A stretch of 63,818 nucleotides of DNA, filler included, from Kipferlia bialata (Eukaryota): the NCBI GenBank assembly GCA_003568945.1. It is 5 parts of 5 records of this genome, joined end to end, with 100 filler letters (N's around TTAATTAATTAA, not from the genome) between each part and the next. Parts side by side here need not be neighbours in the genome. Positions count along the whole stretch, not along the records: positions 1 to 17,762 come from BDIP01000509.1; 4 more parts are not named here. The stretch is one strand, 5' to 3'. Positions 1-11,279 of the stretch are shown piece by piece. Under the pieces are notes generated by a model. That model was not told the origin of the DNA. It saw only the letters and a program-made list of their open reading frames with translations, and ran no database searches. Numbering within the stretch: position 1 is the first letter of the stretch; each line of letters starts with the position of its first letter. Position numbers and translations under genes: made by a program.

Positions 1-507
1 ACCACTATCTGCCCTGCCCGGCCATGGTGTGTGTCGGGAACACAATCTACATGGCGAGTCCTTCTGGGAAGCATGGTAAGTGGGTAATCATTCCAATGTC
101 AATTTCTGTCTTTCTTACCCTTAGCACTGGCTTTGGAGACGTTGACGGGTGGGTATTCCACTTGTGGGGAGACCCCGGGTGTTAGTGACGGCTTCTTTGG
201 GCCGGCAAGGTTTGTCATACCATACTTGTGACTTGCATTGTGTCGTTACATCCAATATGCATTTCACCAACTTCAACAGCAGATATCAGCATTTCCACAT
301 GGGCGAGGGAGAGGTCCTGATGATGAGTAGGGGATCATACTCAGGTGGGGTAGCATATCAATGTCCATGCTTCTGCGATTCCGTGTTATTATACTGGTGA
401 CAATACCATATCCATTGTCTTCATATTACTGAGACTCAGGCTCTCTGTATATTATGACAGTGGACCTGGAGGCCCATCAGAGGATGGCGGACGAGTCAGT
501 GCCATAA
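1..507 (+). CDS. 3' end of a spliced kelch-like propeller gene (partial, ~4 exons)
   Basis: GT-AG introns join HYLPCPAMVCVGNTIYMAS...|...|YQHFHMGEGEVLMMSRGSYS|GSLYIMTVDLEAHQRMADESVP* in one frame, with TAA at 505-507. 'MVCVGNTIYM' resembles a kelch blade. Confidence 0.45.
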
Positions 508-723
508 GGAGATAGGTGTCCAGGTTCAGTGTTAGGTCACAGTGTGTTAGTCCACCATCGGTCTTGCTACTCTGACAACGTACAGTACCGGAACTGATCT
601 GGTCCTGATGCCGCTCTCTGGCCAGTGGTTTACCACCATCACACGGTCTCCATTATCCATGGTGGCGAGCAGGACAGGTGGCATTGTGTTCACAAACTGC
701 TGGTTATGGACTATTATTGGTTG

Positions 724-1586
724 TTATGTATATAGTGGTATGTGGTAGACACTGGCCACCTGTTTGGGACTGGCATAGAACTCGTTACTCACTGGATCAT
801 AGAATGGCACAGCCTCAGTACCAGTATCTCCTATCACTGGCGTCTCTCTGACGGAGAGACGGAGGCACGCCACGCAGCCGTTGGTCATCGTGTAGATGTG
901 GTCATAGTCAGAATAGTCATTCTCGTTCCAGAACTGCACAGGAGGCTCCACAATGGTGTCTGTAGTGGGTGTCTGCTCAGTACCTGAGTGCCCTTCAGTC
1001 ACTTCTTCCCACACCCCACTGACTGAAAGGGTGTAGTGGTGGAACTCAAAGCCGACGGTGCGGAATGCATGCACTCTGTTTCCCCATACAAAGCTCCGAT
1101 CATGCCGACACATCAGAGGCATATCGGCCCACCGCATCCAACACTGCGAATGAGTTGCTGCTCGAGTTACTCTAGTACCACGAAAATAGATAGGAATGTA
1201 CGTTAGTTGGTGTACATGAGGCTTCACACCATATTTGCTGGGTCACATGCAAGGGTCCTAGTGCGTGTGGTGATAATGAGGTATCCACACAGTACGTGCG
1301 GTCCAATATCCCTTCTGAAGTCCGATATCTCATATGGCACGTTGAGCTTGGTCCATTGGCGTGAGGCCCCATCGAATACATGTAACGCTGTGTCTGAATC
1401 TCTGGAGAAGTGTAGCATATACACCATACTGGCGTCTACGACACTGATAGTTTTGGGATTTTCCGCTTGAGCCACTTGAGTCTCTGGAAAGTATGGTCCA
1501 TCAGTCAGAGGCTCAAAAATGAAGTGCCGTGCCACACTTTTGTTCAAGTGTCTCTGTAGGAGGTCGGGTGCACACATACCAGTCAC
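724..1586 (-). pseudogene. Disrupted kelch-like C-terminal segment continuing the 1513-3624 ORF
   Basis: Overlapping ORFs 1224-1586 and 724-1227 in different frames carry kelch-like blades (LHVFDGASRQWTKL, VPFYDPVSNEF). A TGA sits where Trp is expected (DPANMV*SL). I found no canonical intron that repairs the frame. Confidence 0.4.
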
Positions 1587-3624
1587 GGTTAATGAGTACC
1601 AGGGTCTCAGTAAGGGACAAAGGACAACTCAGCCACACTGTCCCAGATGGTATGTCGTTGGGTACTACCATATACTCCAGGCTCATATCCGTCTCAATGG
1701 GGGTGAGGGACACAGTCTCCAAGTAGGTTTTATGTCCGTTGTCACCTTCGGCTTGACTGCAACAGTGAGCCTTTGCTGCCATTGATACCACCGTACTCAG
1801 GTACCGAGGCGTAGCGTCACTGAAGAGAACACCAGACATAGGCTGGGAGTGGTGAAGCACATGCAGTATATGTCGTATGTTGTCACTGGTGATGTCTACA
1901 GAGGTCAGGTCAAGGGCACCAACGTATTTGTCACCAGCGGAACACACCATATCTCTTAGGGTGCTGAGACTCTCTGGCGTGACGGTTTCCAGCCTCGCTG
2001 ATATGCTACAAACTCCCGCAAGTGTAAATATGAAGTCCTCCGAGGTATTTTCCGTCCTCTGTGTAGATTGAGTGCTGGTAAAGCCGACAGTATCAAGTCC
2101 AGGGACAGCGTCCACAGCAGGTGGTGTATGACTGCTGAAGACAGACAAAGGGTGTGCCCCATCTGTCAGGACCCCCAACAGGGGTGGCAGGAGTGTCAAC
2201 ACACCCTGGCCCATTAGTCTCAGGGCAGTGCTTGCACACATATAGTACAGCCATGGAGCTTCACTGTGCCACTGTTGCAGCGCCGGCATGAGGTGGCTGT
2301 GTAGGGGGGTGTCAACCCAGTCGAGAGCTGCCACAAAGAGTTGGGTGGGTATATACTGTGGAGTGATGTCAGTAGCCTGGGTCAAGTATCTAGCTGTAGC
2401 CTCTCGAATGCTATCTACCAGCCCATCCACACAGTTCAGGATATACCCTTGGTAACTAGGGAGGCTAGTAAAGAGGGTCAACATCCCTTGACTGTAGCGG
2501 CGGCAGACGTGGATTTGGGTCAAGCAAGAGTCAATGGTTGCTTCAATGAGACCTCTAAGTAGTACGTGTGTCTGTGGATGCAGAGACAGGAACTCGATTA
2601 GACATCCCAGCATATCAACGTGACCTGTATAGCTCTTGTTCCATGACGGGAGAGGGATAGAGCCAGACTCGCGTAGGAGGTCGAGGAGCGACACAACCAC
2701 TTCTGTTTCTCCAGTGGCATCTCTAAGAAGGCTGTCTGTAAATGCTTCTGTCACACCTTGCATCTCCAGGAGACACACAGAATGGGCTGTAAGCACAAGA
2801 TAGGGAAGGCTCCCAGGAAAAGCAGCAATCATAGTCTGCGTGATGTGTGTGACTACCTCAGCAGGTGTTGCATTTAGACAATGGCATATGTTGAGTAGGT
2901 AGCTCTCATACCATAGGTGCTGACACACCTGAGACGCATGGTACTCAAGCAGCATGGGACCTGCTCTCCCGACTCCCAGACACTGACATGGGTTGGCAAA
3001 CATAGAGTAACGAGGGATCGTTGCTCCTTGTATGGCAGATACCACACTGTAACTGTCTCTGTATGTATCATACTTGAGGGATACCAAATCAGATCTCAAT
3101 CCCAGGCTGGAATCGTACACTGAATTGCGGGAACATGACATGTATATGTAATGGCCTATCGCAGTAGCTGAGCCAACCCTAAGAGGCGGAACTCTGTGAG
3201 ACGTCCAAACACCTGATGAGGGAGACACGGATATGTGAGTCCCGGGAGATGTGCCGGACCACCGACCCATTACTATGTGCAGTCTATCGTCACACCAGAG
3301 AGCGACAGCACTGTATGCACTGACTGCCTTAGGGATAGGCCCTAACTGTCTCCAAGAGCCTGTCACGGTGTCATACATCCAGGTGTCAGTGAGCGAACCC
3401 TCACTATTACGTCCACCAACTACTAACAGGCAGTGACCCCGTGACTCAAATATGGGAAGTGAACGACTTGTGGGCCAATATCCTCTCTGGATACACTGTA
3501 AGCCTCCAGGGGGCTCTATTACTGTCCATCTATCGGTGGACAGATCAAGTTGGATCAGACGCATTATAGTATCATTCGCACCAGGGCTATTGGAGTTCAG
3601 GATGAAGTAGACACAGTTGCCCAC
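1513..3624 (-). CDS. Kelch-repeat protein with a central helical region (5' exons probably extend to ~4100)
   Basis: 703-aa ORF with kelch motifs LLVVGGRNSEGSLTDTWMYDTVTGSWRQL, LDLSTDRWTVI and ATAIGHYIYM, followed by a Leu-rich helical segment. Confidence 0.6.
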   Translation of the reverse strand: MGNCVYFILNSNSPGANDTIMRLIQLDLSTDRWTVIEPPGGLQCIQRGYWPTSRSLPIFESRGHCLLVVGGRNSEGSLTDTWMYDTVTGSWRQLGPIPKAVSAYSAVALWCDDRLHIVMGRWSGTSPGTHISVSPSSGVWTSHRVPPLRVGSATAIGHYIYMSCSRNSVYDSSLGLRSDLVSLKYDTYRDSYSVVSAIQGATIPRYSMFANPCQCLGVGRAGPMLLEYHASQVCQHLWYESYLLNICHCLNATPAEVVTHITQTMIAAFPGSLPYLVLTAHSVCLLEMQGVTEAFTDSLLRDATGETEVVVSLLDLLRESGSIPLPSWNKSYTGHVDMLGCLIEFLSLHPQTHVLLRGLIEATIDSCLTQIHVCRRYSQGMLTLFTSLPSYQGYILNCVDGLVDSIREATARYLTQATDITPQYIPTQLFVAALDWVDTPLHSHLMPALQQWHSEAPWLYYMCASTALRLMGQGVLTLLPPLLGVLTDGAHPLSVFSSHTPPAVDAVPGLDTVGFTSTQSTQRTENTSEDFIFTLAGVCSISARLETVTPESLSTLRDMVCSAGDKYVGALDLTSVDITSDNIRHILHVLHHSQPMSGVLFSDATPRYLSTVVSMAAKAHCCSQAEGDNGHKTYLETVSLTPIETDMSLEYMVVPNDIPSGTVWLSCPLSLTETLVLINRDWYVCTRPPTETLEQKCGTALHF

Positions 3625-4645
3625 GGCAGTCCCCTGGCCGTCAGAACTGTGGATTCGGCAGATTCCAAAGAGTAGGAGGGAGCGTCATCTTGTGGGTTCA
3701 TGAGACTTACCGTAACTCACAGTAGCAGCATATATCCACTTGAACACAATACTTGGTCCAAGTCTTGGATAGTAACACTACGATTGGCACGAGTATGGAT
3801 GACTTCCACAAAGTACCTTTACTGATGGTTGGTATTGTACAGAGACAGCCCGTGGCATTGTACTGACAAGACGCCACTCCCACGTCACCGCATTGTCTCC
3901 GAGGCGTGGTCTCCCTTCAAAGTGAACAGGAACCCTGTGCCTCACCCCATTGCCTGCTGCCAAGCAGCACACCACAACCCTATTGAGTCCCACCACTGTT
4001 GTGCTTAGATATCTGGGTGGGATATGGTCAGGCAGGGGTAGGCCTGGCAACCAGCGGTGGGGTCTCCCCAGGTGGTCCACCCCCGGCCCTGTCCTGACCC
4101 CATCTAGGCCGGGGTGGACTTGGTTCTGGGACTGAGGTTAGGGCTAGGATGAACACAAGGACTGGCATATCCAGTTGCCCTACCATACTACATGGAATGA
4201 GGGTATAGACTCTCTAATAGAGTGGAAGAATCGTACCGATATTGTACCAAGAACCGGCTCTATTGTGAAGATGGGTTGCTCCATGTGTGGCTGATGATTG
4301 CTGTGCTTTCAAGTAGGATCAATGTAGCTGCTTAGGGACCACAAAGAGGGCTTTGGAGAATGAAGGGAGTGAGACAGGTTAAGTGAATGGAGGAGGTGAG
4401 GGTATCAATCCGAAGCTCTCAATGAGCAGTGCTCATTGAGCAACCTAGAGGTATTCAAGTGTCTAATGTAGCATGTGAGTCATTTGGTATGAGTTCCACG
4501 TGCACAGTGGGGGAAGCCTTCCTCGGGAAGGGGGTGACCTATCGGATAGGCTATCCAGCACGCTGGGGTAATGGGTTTACGCAATAATACTCATAGTGAA
4601 TCATGTTAGACTGGTACCATTGTTTGTTCAGCGGCTACCTTTAGA

Positions 4646-4733
4646 AGGTGGGTGAGTATGATACTCACCCACCTATAATTGTCCCTCAGTGCAGTCATAC
4701 TCACTGAGTATGACTGCACTGAGGGACAATTAT
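4646..4733. repeat. Two abutting perfect inverted repeats (14-bp and 29-bp arms, each with a 1-nt centre)
   Basis: aggtgggtgagtat-g-atactcacccacct (4646-4674), then ataattgtccctcagtgcagtcatactca-c-tgagtatgactgcactgagggacaattat (4675-4733). Confidence 0.95.
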
Positions 4734-4943
4734 TGTCACAATGAATACAAAGTCATCTCCAGCGGGACGGAGATGTTCAATCTATGGAGAGGTCAAGTAT
4801 CACGTTAGCTTTAGGAGCCAGCCCTCTACCAATGGTGTCTATCATCGACAGAGTCTTCGACTCTGAGTTGAGTGTTTGAGAATGCGTGTAGGATCCGTTG
4901 AAACATATGGTACTGTTGCCAGACACGGCTTTTCTAAGGAGCA

Positions 4944-5532
4944 ATGCGAGTCCAACTCGTGCTATTCCTGCTCGCTGCTGTGGCTATATGCGTTGCGGAT
5001 ACGGGTACCTCTGATTCTTGCTATTTTGGGGATGGACGACCCGATTTGAGTTGGGAGAGCGAGTCTGTCCTTCTTGAGTCATGTGGCATTGAAGGGACGT
5101 CTGCTTCATCCCTTATACAGGCCAGGGATGCCCTTATTCCTGTAAGGGTAGACAGCCTGCCCCTGAGTGTCATCCCCCCAGCTGTGGATGACTGGGTGTT
5201 GACTCTAATGGTGGAAGGGAGTCAGGATGGACTCACATCCAGTGACCAGGTGGACATGGTTCTCCCTCCCCCTGGCGATATGGCCATCTTTGTTGCCTTC
5301 CGAGGCCAGGTGGGACACATTCCCTAACCTATCGCTTACACACTTTCACTGCTTTTGTGTCTGTTTCTTCCCAGGTCAGCCAATCGGCCCGATTTCACCT
5401 CAGGCAGACCCTTCTCTATCCGAGCCAGTCCCTGCTGTCTATGATGCCCTGTACGACAGCTACCACGCCCCTATCAACGTGGACCTTGTGCGGCAGAGTC
5501 TGTCTGTTGTCCTGACAATCAAGGTGTTATGA
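4944..5532 (+). CDS. Small predicted secreted protein, 2 exons (4944-5308, 5380-5532)
   Basis: ATG followed by a hydrophobic signal peptide MRVQLVLFLLAAVAICVA. A phase-0 intron (gtggga...gtcag) joins ...FRGQ|PIGPISPQ...LTIKVL*. Confidence 0.5.
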
Positions 5533-5753
5533 CATTCATGTGATCTGAGACCTTGATATCCGAGTCTGAAGAGTCCACTCTCTTGACCATGCCTCTCACG
5601 TATCCCACCTCTAGTCTCTCTCTTCCTACGGCTAGTTGTACCTACCCCCCCCCCCTCTCCCCCCCCCCCCCCCCCCCCCCCCCCCACACCCCTCCTCTCT
5701 GTGTCTGTGTCTGTCTCCCTTGTGTGACGCTCCATCTTGTATCTACCCTCCAG

Positions 5754-7139
5754 GCGAGGCAGCCATGTGCCGCAACTGTGGTAACATCATATGTGAGGGA
5801 CAGGGGCTAGGTGGGTCAGGCTGTGTATCCAGTGGTGCTCTCTTCAAGATACAGTCTTGTCTCTCGTTATTATGTCTCTCTCTGTGTTCCTCTGATCACC
5901 ATGGCACCTGTGTTGTCCGATCATGTCTCTCTCTCCCCCCCGTCCCCCCCCCTCTCTCTCCATCCCCCCCCTGACCCAGGTGCCTGTCTGTACTGCCATG
6001 CCCCCCCTGACAGTCACGGCATACCCCAGATGCAGTCAGACGACAGGTGGGGGGAGACAGATGGGGTGGCGGATGGGTGGGGTATTATCTACTCACTCCA
6101 GCGCTCTGCTGATTGTGTGTGCCTATCCCTCTCACCCCAGATGCAACCTCAAGAGGGCCAAGAGACATACCGTCACAGAGGACGAGGGGGCCTATGAGGT
6201 ATGGTAGAGACATGCACACACCCTCTGGTCTATCTCCCACTATCAGTGTTCTCTCTAAATATGGAGTATGTATATACAAGCCCTGTTGCCTCGAATCTAG
6301 CCCTTGCCCTCCCCTGACCCTAGGCTGCCGTGTCCTTTAGAAACACAATCCTGGGCAATGTCTATGGGTCAGAGGGGAGTCAAGGTGAGTGTATTGGGTA
6401 GTACTTGGCAATGCTATCCACCGACCATTATATTATTTGTTGGTGTCTCTATACAGTCTCTCCCTCTGTGTGCCCCCACCCCAGGTGTGGGTGTGATCGA
6501 TGACCAGACATCCTTCATCGACTACGAGGAGAGAGAGAGGGCCAGAGAGGAGGCAGAGGAGACAGTCTCCATGGCATTCCTCAGGTGCAGGCTCACTATT
6601 GCTCCATTACATGAATGCAGTGTCACACACGTCTATGTACATATTGTGATCTTTGATAGTAGTTTCATGATATATCAATGCGTGTTAGTTGTTTATCTGA
6701 GTAGTTAGCGCCCCCCACTCTCTCCCTCACCCCCAGGGAGACCCTGTTCCAGACCCATGCTGCAGTGGAGGAGCCCTGCAGTGCATCCTGCACATACAAG
6801 AAGAAGGACCAGAAGGACAAGGGGCCGAGGAGGGCTGGGGGAGGGGGGTTCAATGTGACCACCTACACCCCTAACCCTGAGGAGGCAGACACCAAGGGAC
6901 AGGTAGCCGGGAAGGGCAGCGGAAGGGGAGGCAGGGGTGCCCCAGGTGGTAAGAGAGACAACAACCCCCGTCCGTCCACTAGACAGGGCGAGAAGGGTGG
7001 AAAGGGTGGAAAGGGAGAGACGGGAGAGAGAGAGAATGGTCCCAGAGGCCAGGGGGATGGCAAGGGCAAGGGTCGGCATAGGGGGAGGGGCAGGGGGAAG
7101 GGTAAGGGGAAGTCCAAGGTAGGCGGAGGAGACAAATAG
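5754..7139 (+). CDS. TRIP4: Activating signal cointegrator 1 / Rqt4-like C2HC5 zinc-finger protein (5' part obscured by a poly-C tract)
   Basis: Six phase-compatible exons give MCRNCGNIICEGQGLGACLYCH (zf-C2HC5 core NCxxCGxIxCxxEGxGPCxFC), then AAVSFRNTILG and GVIDDQTSF (the V(I/L)DDQSDY motif), ending in a G/K/R-rich tail. Confidence 0.7.
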
Positions 7140-7278
7140 AGAATAGTTGATAGCCGAGTATTGGATCGTCTTCTAGACGGTCTAGTGCTCTCCCCTCTAA
7201 AGGCTCAAGGTGGAAGCAGCACAATACCATCACTTCATGCATCTACTTCTATTCTTTCACGTAACACGCCACAGACCT

Positions 7279-9079
7279 CTACACTATTGCATGCAGTGGA
7301 TCCTGGATGCACACACTGTAGAGGGTCGAGCCACTAGATGACACTACATACATCATTCCGAGACCGTCCTCGCCCATCATGATAGAGGAACCACTTCCAT
7401 CCTTCGGAACCATCCCAGGCCACCTGATCCACTCACCACTCACCGTGTCATACACCTTGTAGGGCATGCCACGATGTACTGAGGTACGGGTGTTGGGAAA
7501 TACTACAACATGCCTGCCTACCAGCACCCAGTGGTAAGGCTCCCAATAGCTGAGATCTAGAGAGGTATCAGTGAAGTCCACAGTCCACCCAGAGGCCTTG
7601 GTGAATGCGTAGACCATTGCGTACTGGAAGATGTACGCTGTGTCTCCCAGGACCAATGCCCGAACACCATCTGTCACGATTGACTTATAGTCTCTCGGGT
7701 ACCCCAAGGAGGGGCAACGGTGGCGGGACTCGGATGACCATGTGTCACTCTCAGTATCATACGTCAATGTCATTCTTCTGCCGTCTAACAGGTAGATACC
7801 ACTGTCCAGAACAAACGCTGAACGAAGATACCCCCAGTACCCATTGTCGATTGACAACACAGTCTCAGGCACACGCCAGAATGTCCAAGTGCGGATGTCA
7901 TTACGGAATCTGGCAACCCAGTGATATTCATAATGCAATGGATCGCTGGATACAAACACCACGGAGCCACCGGTCTGGAGGCCTATGGCGGTGCGCATAC
8001 ACTCAGCAAGTGACGTGCAGTCATGCCTGATATGAATGTCGGTGTAGAACGGACAGTCAATGGGCACGATGTCAACCTCGATCTCTGCTGGAGCATGCCC
8101 CACCCAGGGGCCACTGCCAATGAACCTGAGGATAATAACATATATTTCCGTCACCAGTCGTAATCAAAGCCAACGCAGTTCCGAAATCGCATGTATAGTT
8201 GACTCCTAAACATGGTTTCAAGGTCTCTGGAGATATCGCTACCCTAAGGGGTAGGCTAGAGTGTACGCCTACCTGGACACAGCACTTGTGTGGGTGAGGG
8301 TTGATGCCCAGAGTATCTCTCCCCTACCCAACCAGGCCAGAGGAGTATATCCACTGAGAGGATGTCCCTCCAAGGGAATGTCAACAGGAGAGATGGACAC
8401 TGGGACCTGCTGTGAGAAGTTCAACACACAAGGTAATGCTAGTTGAGGTTTGGCCCTTAAGTGGAGAATGAAACATCCATGAATCATGGGCATGATCATA
8501 GCGTGAGAACGAAATGCGGTGCACATATATATAGATCAGCGATAAGAATGATTACTGTATGTATACTGAGAATGATCCATAACCACTACAGTCACCTGCT
8601 CTCCACACCACTCTGCGTGCTCTTGAGGCACCCCAGCCACGACCCTCAGCCTAGATAGCTTGAGTCTCCCCTTGGAACGGGAGACATTGAAGGCACACTG
8701 TCTGCAAAAGGCACACTCTATGCCCTTCCCGTCTGCTGGGAGTAAGTGGGGGTAAAGTCTTTACTAAAGACAGTTGGCAGAGAAACTCCTGTCCCATTTG
8801 CATGTGTATGCAGCTAAGTGGAGGAAGATTACTTCTGTCCTGTAATGAGTCATTACTAATGACCCTAAATAACAGTCTCCCACCTCTCGCCTGCCATCCT
8901 GTCTCTGTCTCCTGGTTGACATCTGTGAGTAGTGCCTCAAGGGTCTCGTATCTCTGGGTCAGGATGTGGCGGGGAATGCCATGATGCACCCTGATGCTGT
9001 TGTGGGGTTGCTGCATAGAGTGTCGGGGGTGCTTGTAAGGACGGTGACTCGCCACTGCCGAGTCGGCAGGGAGTGACAT
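7279..9079 (-). CDS. Multi-exon protein: N-terminal Cys/His zinc-finger-like module plus kelch-type propeller
   Basis: Exons read ...QRYETLEALLTDVNQETETGWQAR|DGKGIECAFCRQCAFNVSRSKGRLKLSRLRVVAGVPQEHAEWCGEQ|VPVSISPVDIPLEGHPLSGYTPLAWLGRGEILW...|, then the kelch ORF 7279-8154 (YKVYDTVSGEWIRWPGMVPKDG). Exon-by-exon paralog of the gene at 9394-11120. Confidence 0.65.
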
Positions 9080-9393
9080 TGGTAGAGACCTTCACCAACA
9101 GAAGGTATCATACTGAAGCCATCTTCTTACATGATGGTATCCGGCTAGATGTCGAATTAGTAGTCACTGAATCAACGATTACCCAACCGCTTATCCACAG
9201 AATCTCCGGTGGTGGGCGCAGAGAAAGTATTTGACATGCACTACAGCGACGGCATCTGAGTTCTGACCCCTTGACTGACCCCTTGATTGAGAAGGCAAAT
9301 TTGTTGAACGTTGACCGCAGAATCTCCACAATCGGATTTTCTGAGGCCATTCCATATCTCTGAGAGATATGATATCTCTCTATCGATAGACAA

Positions 9394-11120
9394 ATGGTAC
9401 AGAGAGGCTCTAAGGCTATTCCCGAGCCCCGCAGTGGCCCTAATGGTCTACCACTACACCTGTGGAGGCAGAGGTATCGTACGTGGGATGCCCTTCTGGA
9501 TGCTGTGAATGGGGCGTCGGACACGCAGTGGATGAGGGCAGGTGAGTATTCATTTGGTCCACATATATATAGTGATAGAATATTTAGTGTCTGGGACTAG
9601 GCAGTACACCTTATGCAATAATCACTTCCTATTTCTCACTTCAGAGGACTCCCTTTCCATTGAGTGTGCCAGGCACACTGTGTGCCTTCTGTCGTCAGTG
9701 TGTGTATGAGGTCTCTGAATACAGGGGTATACTCAGACTCTCCACACAGAAGGAGGTAGACGGAGTACTACTCCAGCACCCTCAGTGGTGTGGGACCCAG
9801 GTACGTCCTAGCAGCATGCCTCCCTCATACCTGTATGTTTCCACAGTATTCTTTCAATAGTGAGTATCACTCTCCCGCATATGAAGACACGGGAATCATA
9901 TCACCACAATGTGATCTTGCAGCAGTGACTAATGCAATGTGAATTCTTACAATCAGGTTCCAGTGTCTCTCTCCCCTGTTCAAGTTCCCCACACCGGCCA
10001 CCCCCTCAGTGGATACATCCCCGTGGCATGGCTGGGCAGGGGGGAGGCACTGTGGGTGTCAAAGACTACCCTCACATCAAGTGCAGTGACAAGGTACCTT
10101 ATTGATACATGATTCCGAATACTGTGAGTGCATATATATGTACATGGAACAATTCACCCTCGTATAATCGGGAACACATGACTCTCATGATGACAACTGC
10201 AGTGTCTCTTAGAGACTCTCTATTAGCGCACTGATACTAGGTTCGTTGATGACAATTCTGGCACCCTCTCACTCTCGGTGGTGACAGTTCCCACACAAAA
10301 CCACGGACTAGGCGCTAGAGTGCGTGGGACGTTTGGAGGCAGAGTGAGCTTAAGCTTGTTCCTCCTAGAGCGCTGCTATCCCGCCATTATAGCGCAAGGG
10401 AGGGTCCTGTTCATTGTCGATGCTAGACACAGATCAGAACTGAGATGTGACTACTATTATGTGGCATTCTGTCTCGAGACTCACAGGTGGACCGGCAGTA
10501 CTCAGAGGGTACAGGGGCTGGACTGTGTGTGCTCTATGTTTGTACAGGGTGACCGCTTACACGTGCTAGGGATCGACCCATCTGGGAATCCTGCAATGCT
10601 GGTGCTAGACGCTGCCATAGATGAGTGGACTACACACACTGAGGGCCCTATGCCACTTGTCTATCCCGTGACACGGTCACGCGTGACCCGCATTCCTAGA
10701 ATGCGATCCGGCGTCCGCCCGATAGTCTTTGGCGAGAGTGTGAGTATTCTACAGGAGAACCTGATCCACAGCTACACGGATGGGGAGTGGAATGTGAAGT
10801 ACGACTGTAGTGACCTGTATTTCATACTTGGGTATGAACCACAGCGGTGGGTACAGGTAGGGCGCTACATCATAACTCTGCCTGAGTCGGTAACCAAGCC
10901 CTCACGGAGAGTCTCAGTCGGGCCCCACCTGCCGTACAGTGTGTTTGACCTGGTGACTGGTGAGTGGACGAGGTGGCCGGGGATGGTGCCAAGGGATGGG
11001 TGGAAGGTGGATATGATGGTGGGAGAGGACGGGCAGGGTATCATGTATGTCTCAAAGGATCACGACCGGCCTTGCACCGTATACAGTGTATGCATTCAGC
11101 CACTGGCTCTTTACACATAG
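9394..11120 (+). pseudogene. Inverted, frameshifted paralog of the Zn-finger+kelch gene
   Basis: QRYRTWDALLDAVNGASDTQWMRA|EDSLSIECA[16-nt insertion 9671-9686]FCRQCVYEVSEYRGILRLS...QHPQWCGTQ|VPVSLSPVQVPHTGHPLSGYIPVAWLGRGEALW...|, then kelch ORF 10278-11120 (YSVFDLVTGEWTRWPGMVPRDG). The insertion causes a premature TGA. Confidence 0.65.
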
Positions 11121-11279
11121 TGTACACTTATAGTCATTCTCAGAATTCCCAGGAGACTCAAGAGAATAGAAGAGCAAGAGTCACTATATATACACCACGA
11201 ATATATTAGTGCAACTCATATAATACTGATAATGAATACTAATGAACTTATACTGAGTGAGGCAACACTACGCCTAGAT

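Noticed and set aside
1224..1226. TGA at an expected Trp position suggesting a recoded genetic code
   Set aside because: It is a single case in an otherwise disrupted region. Intact genes use TGG for Trp and end in TAA, TAG or TGA.
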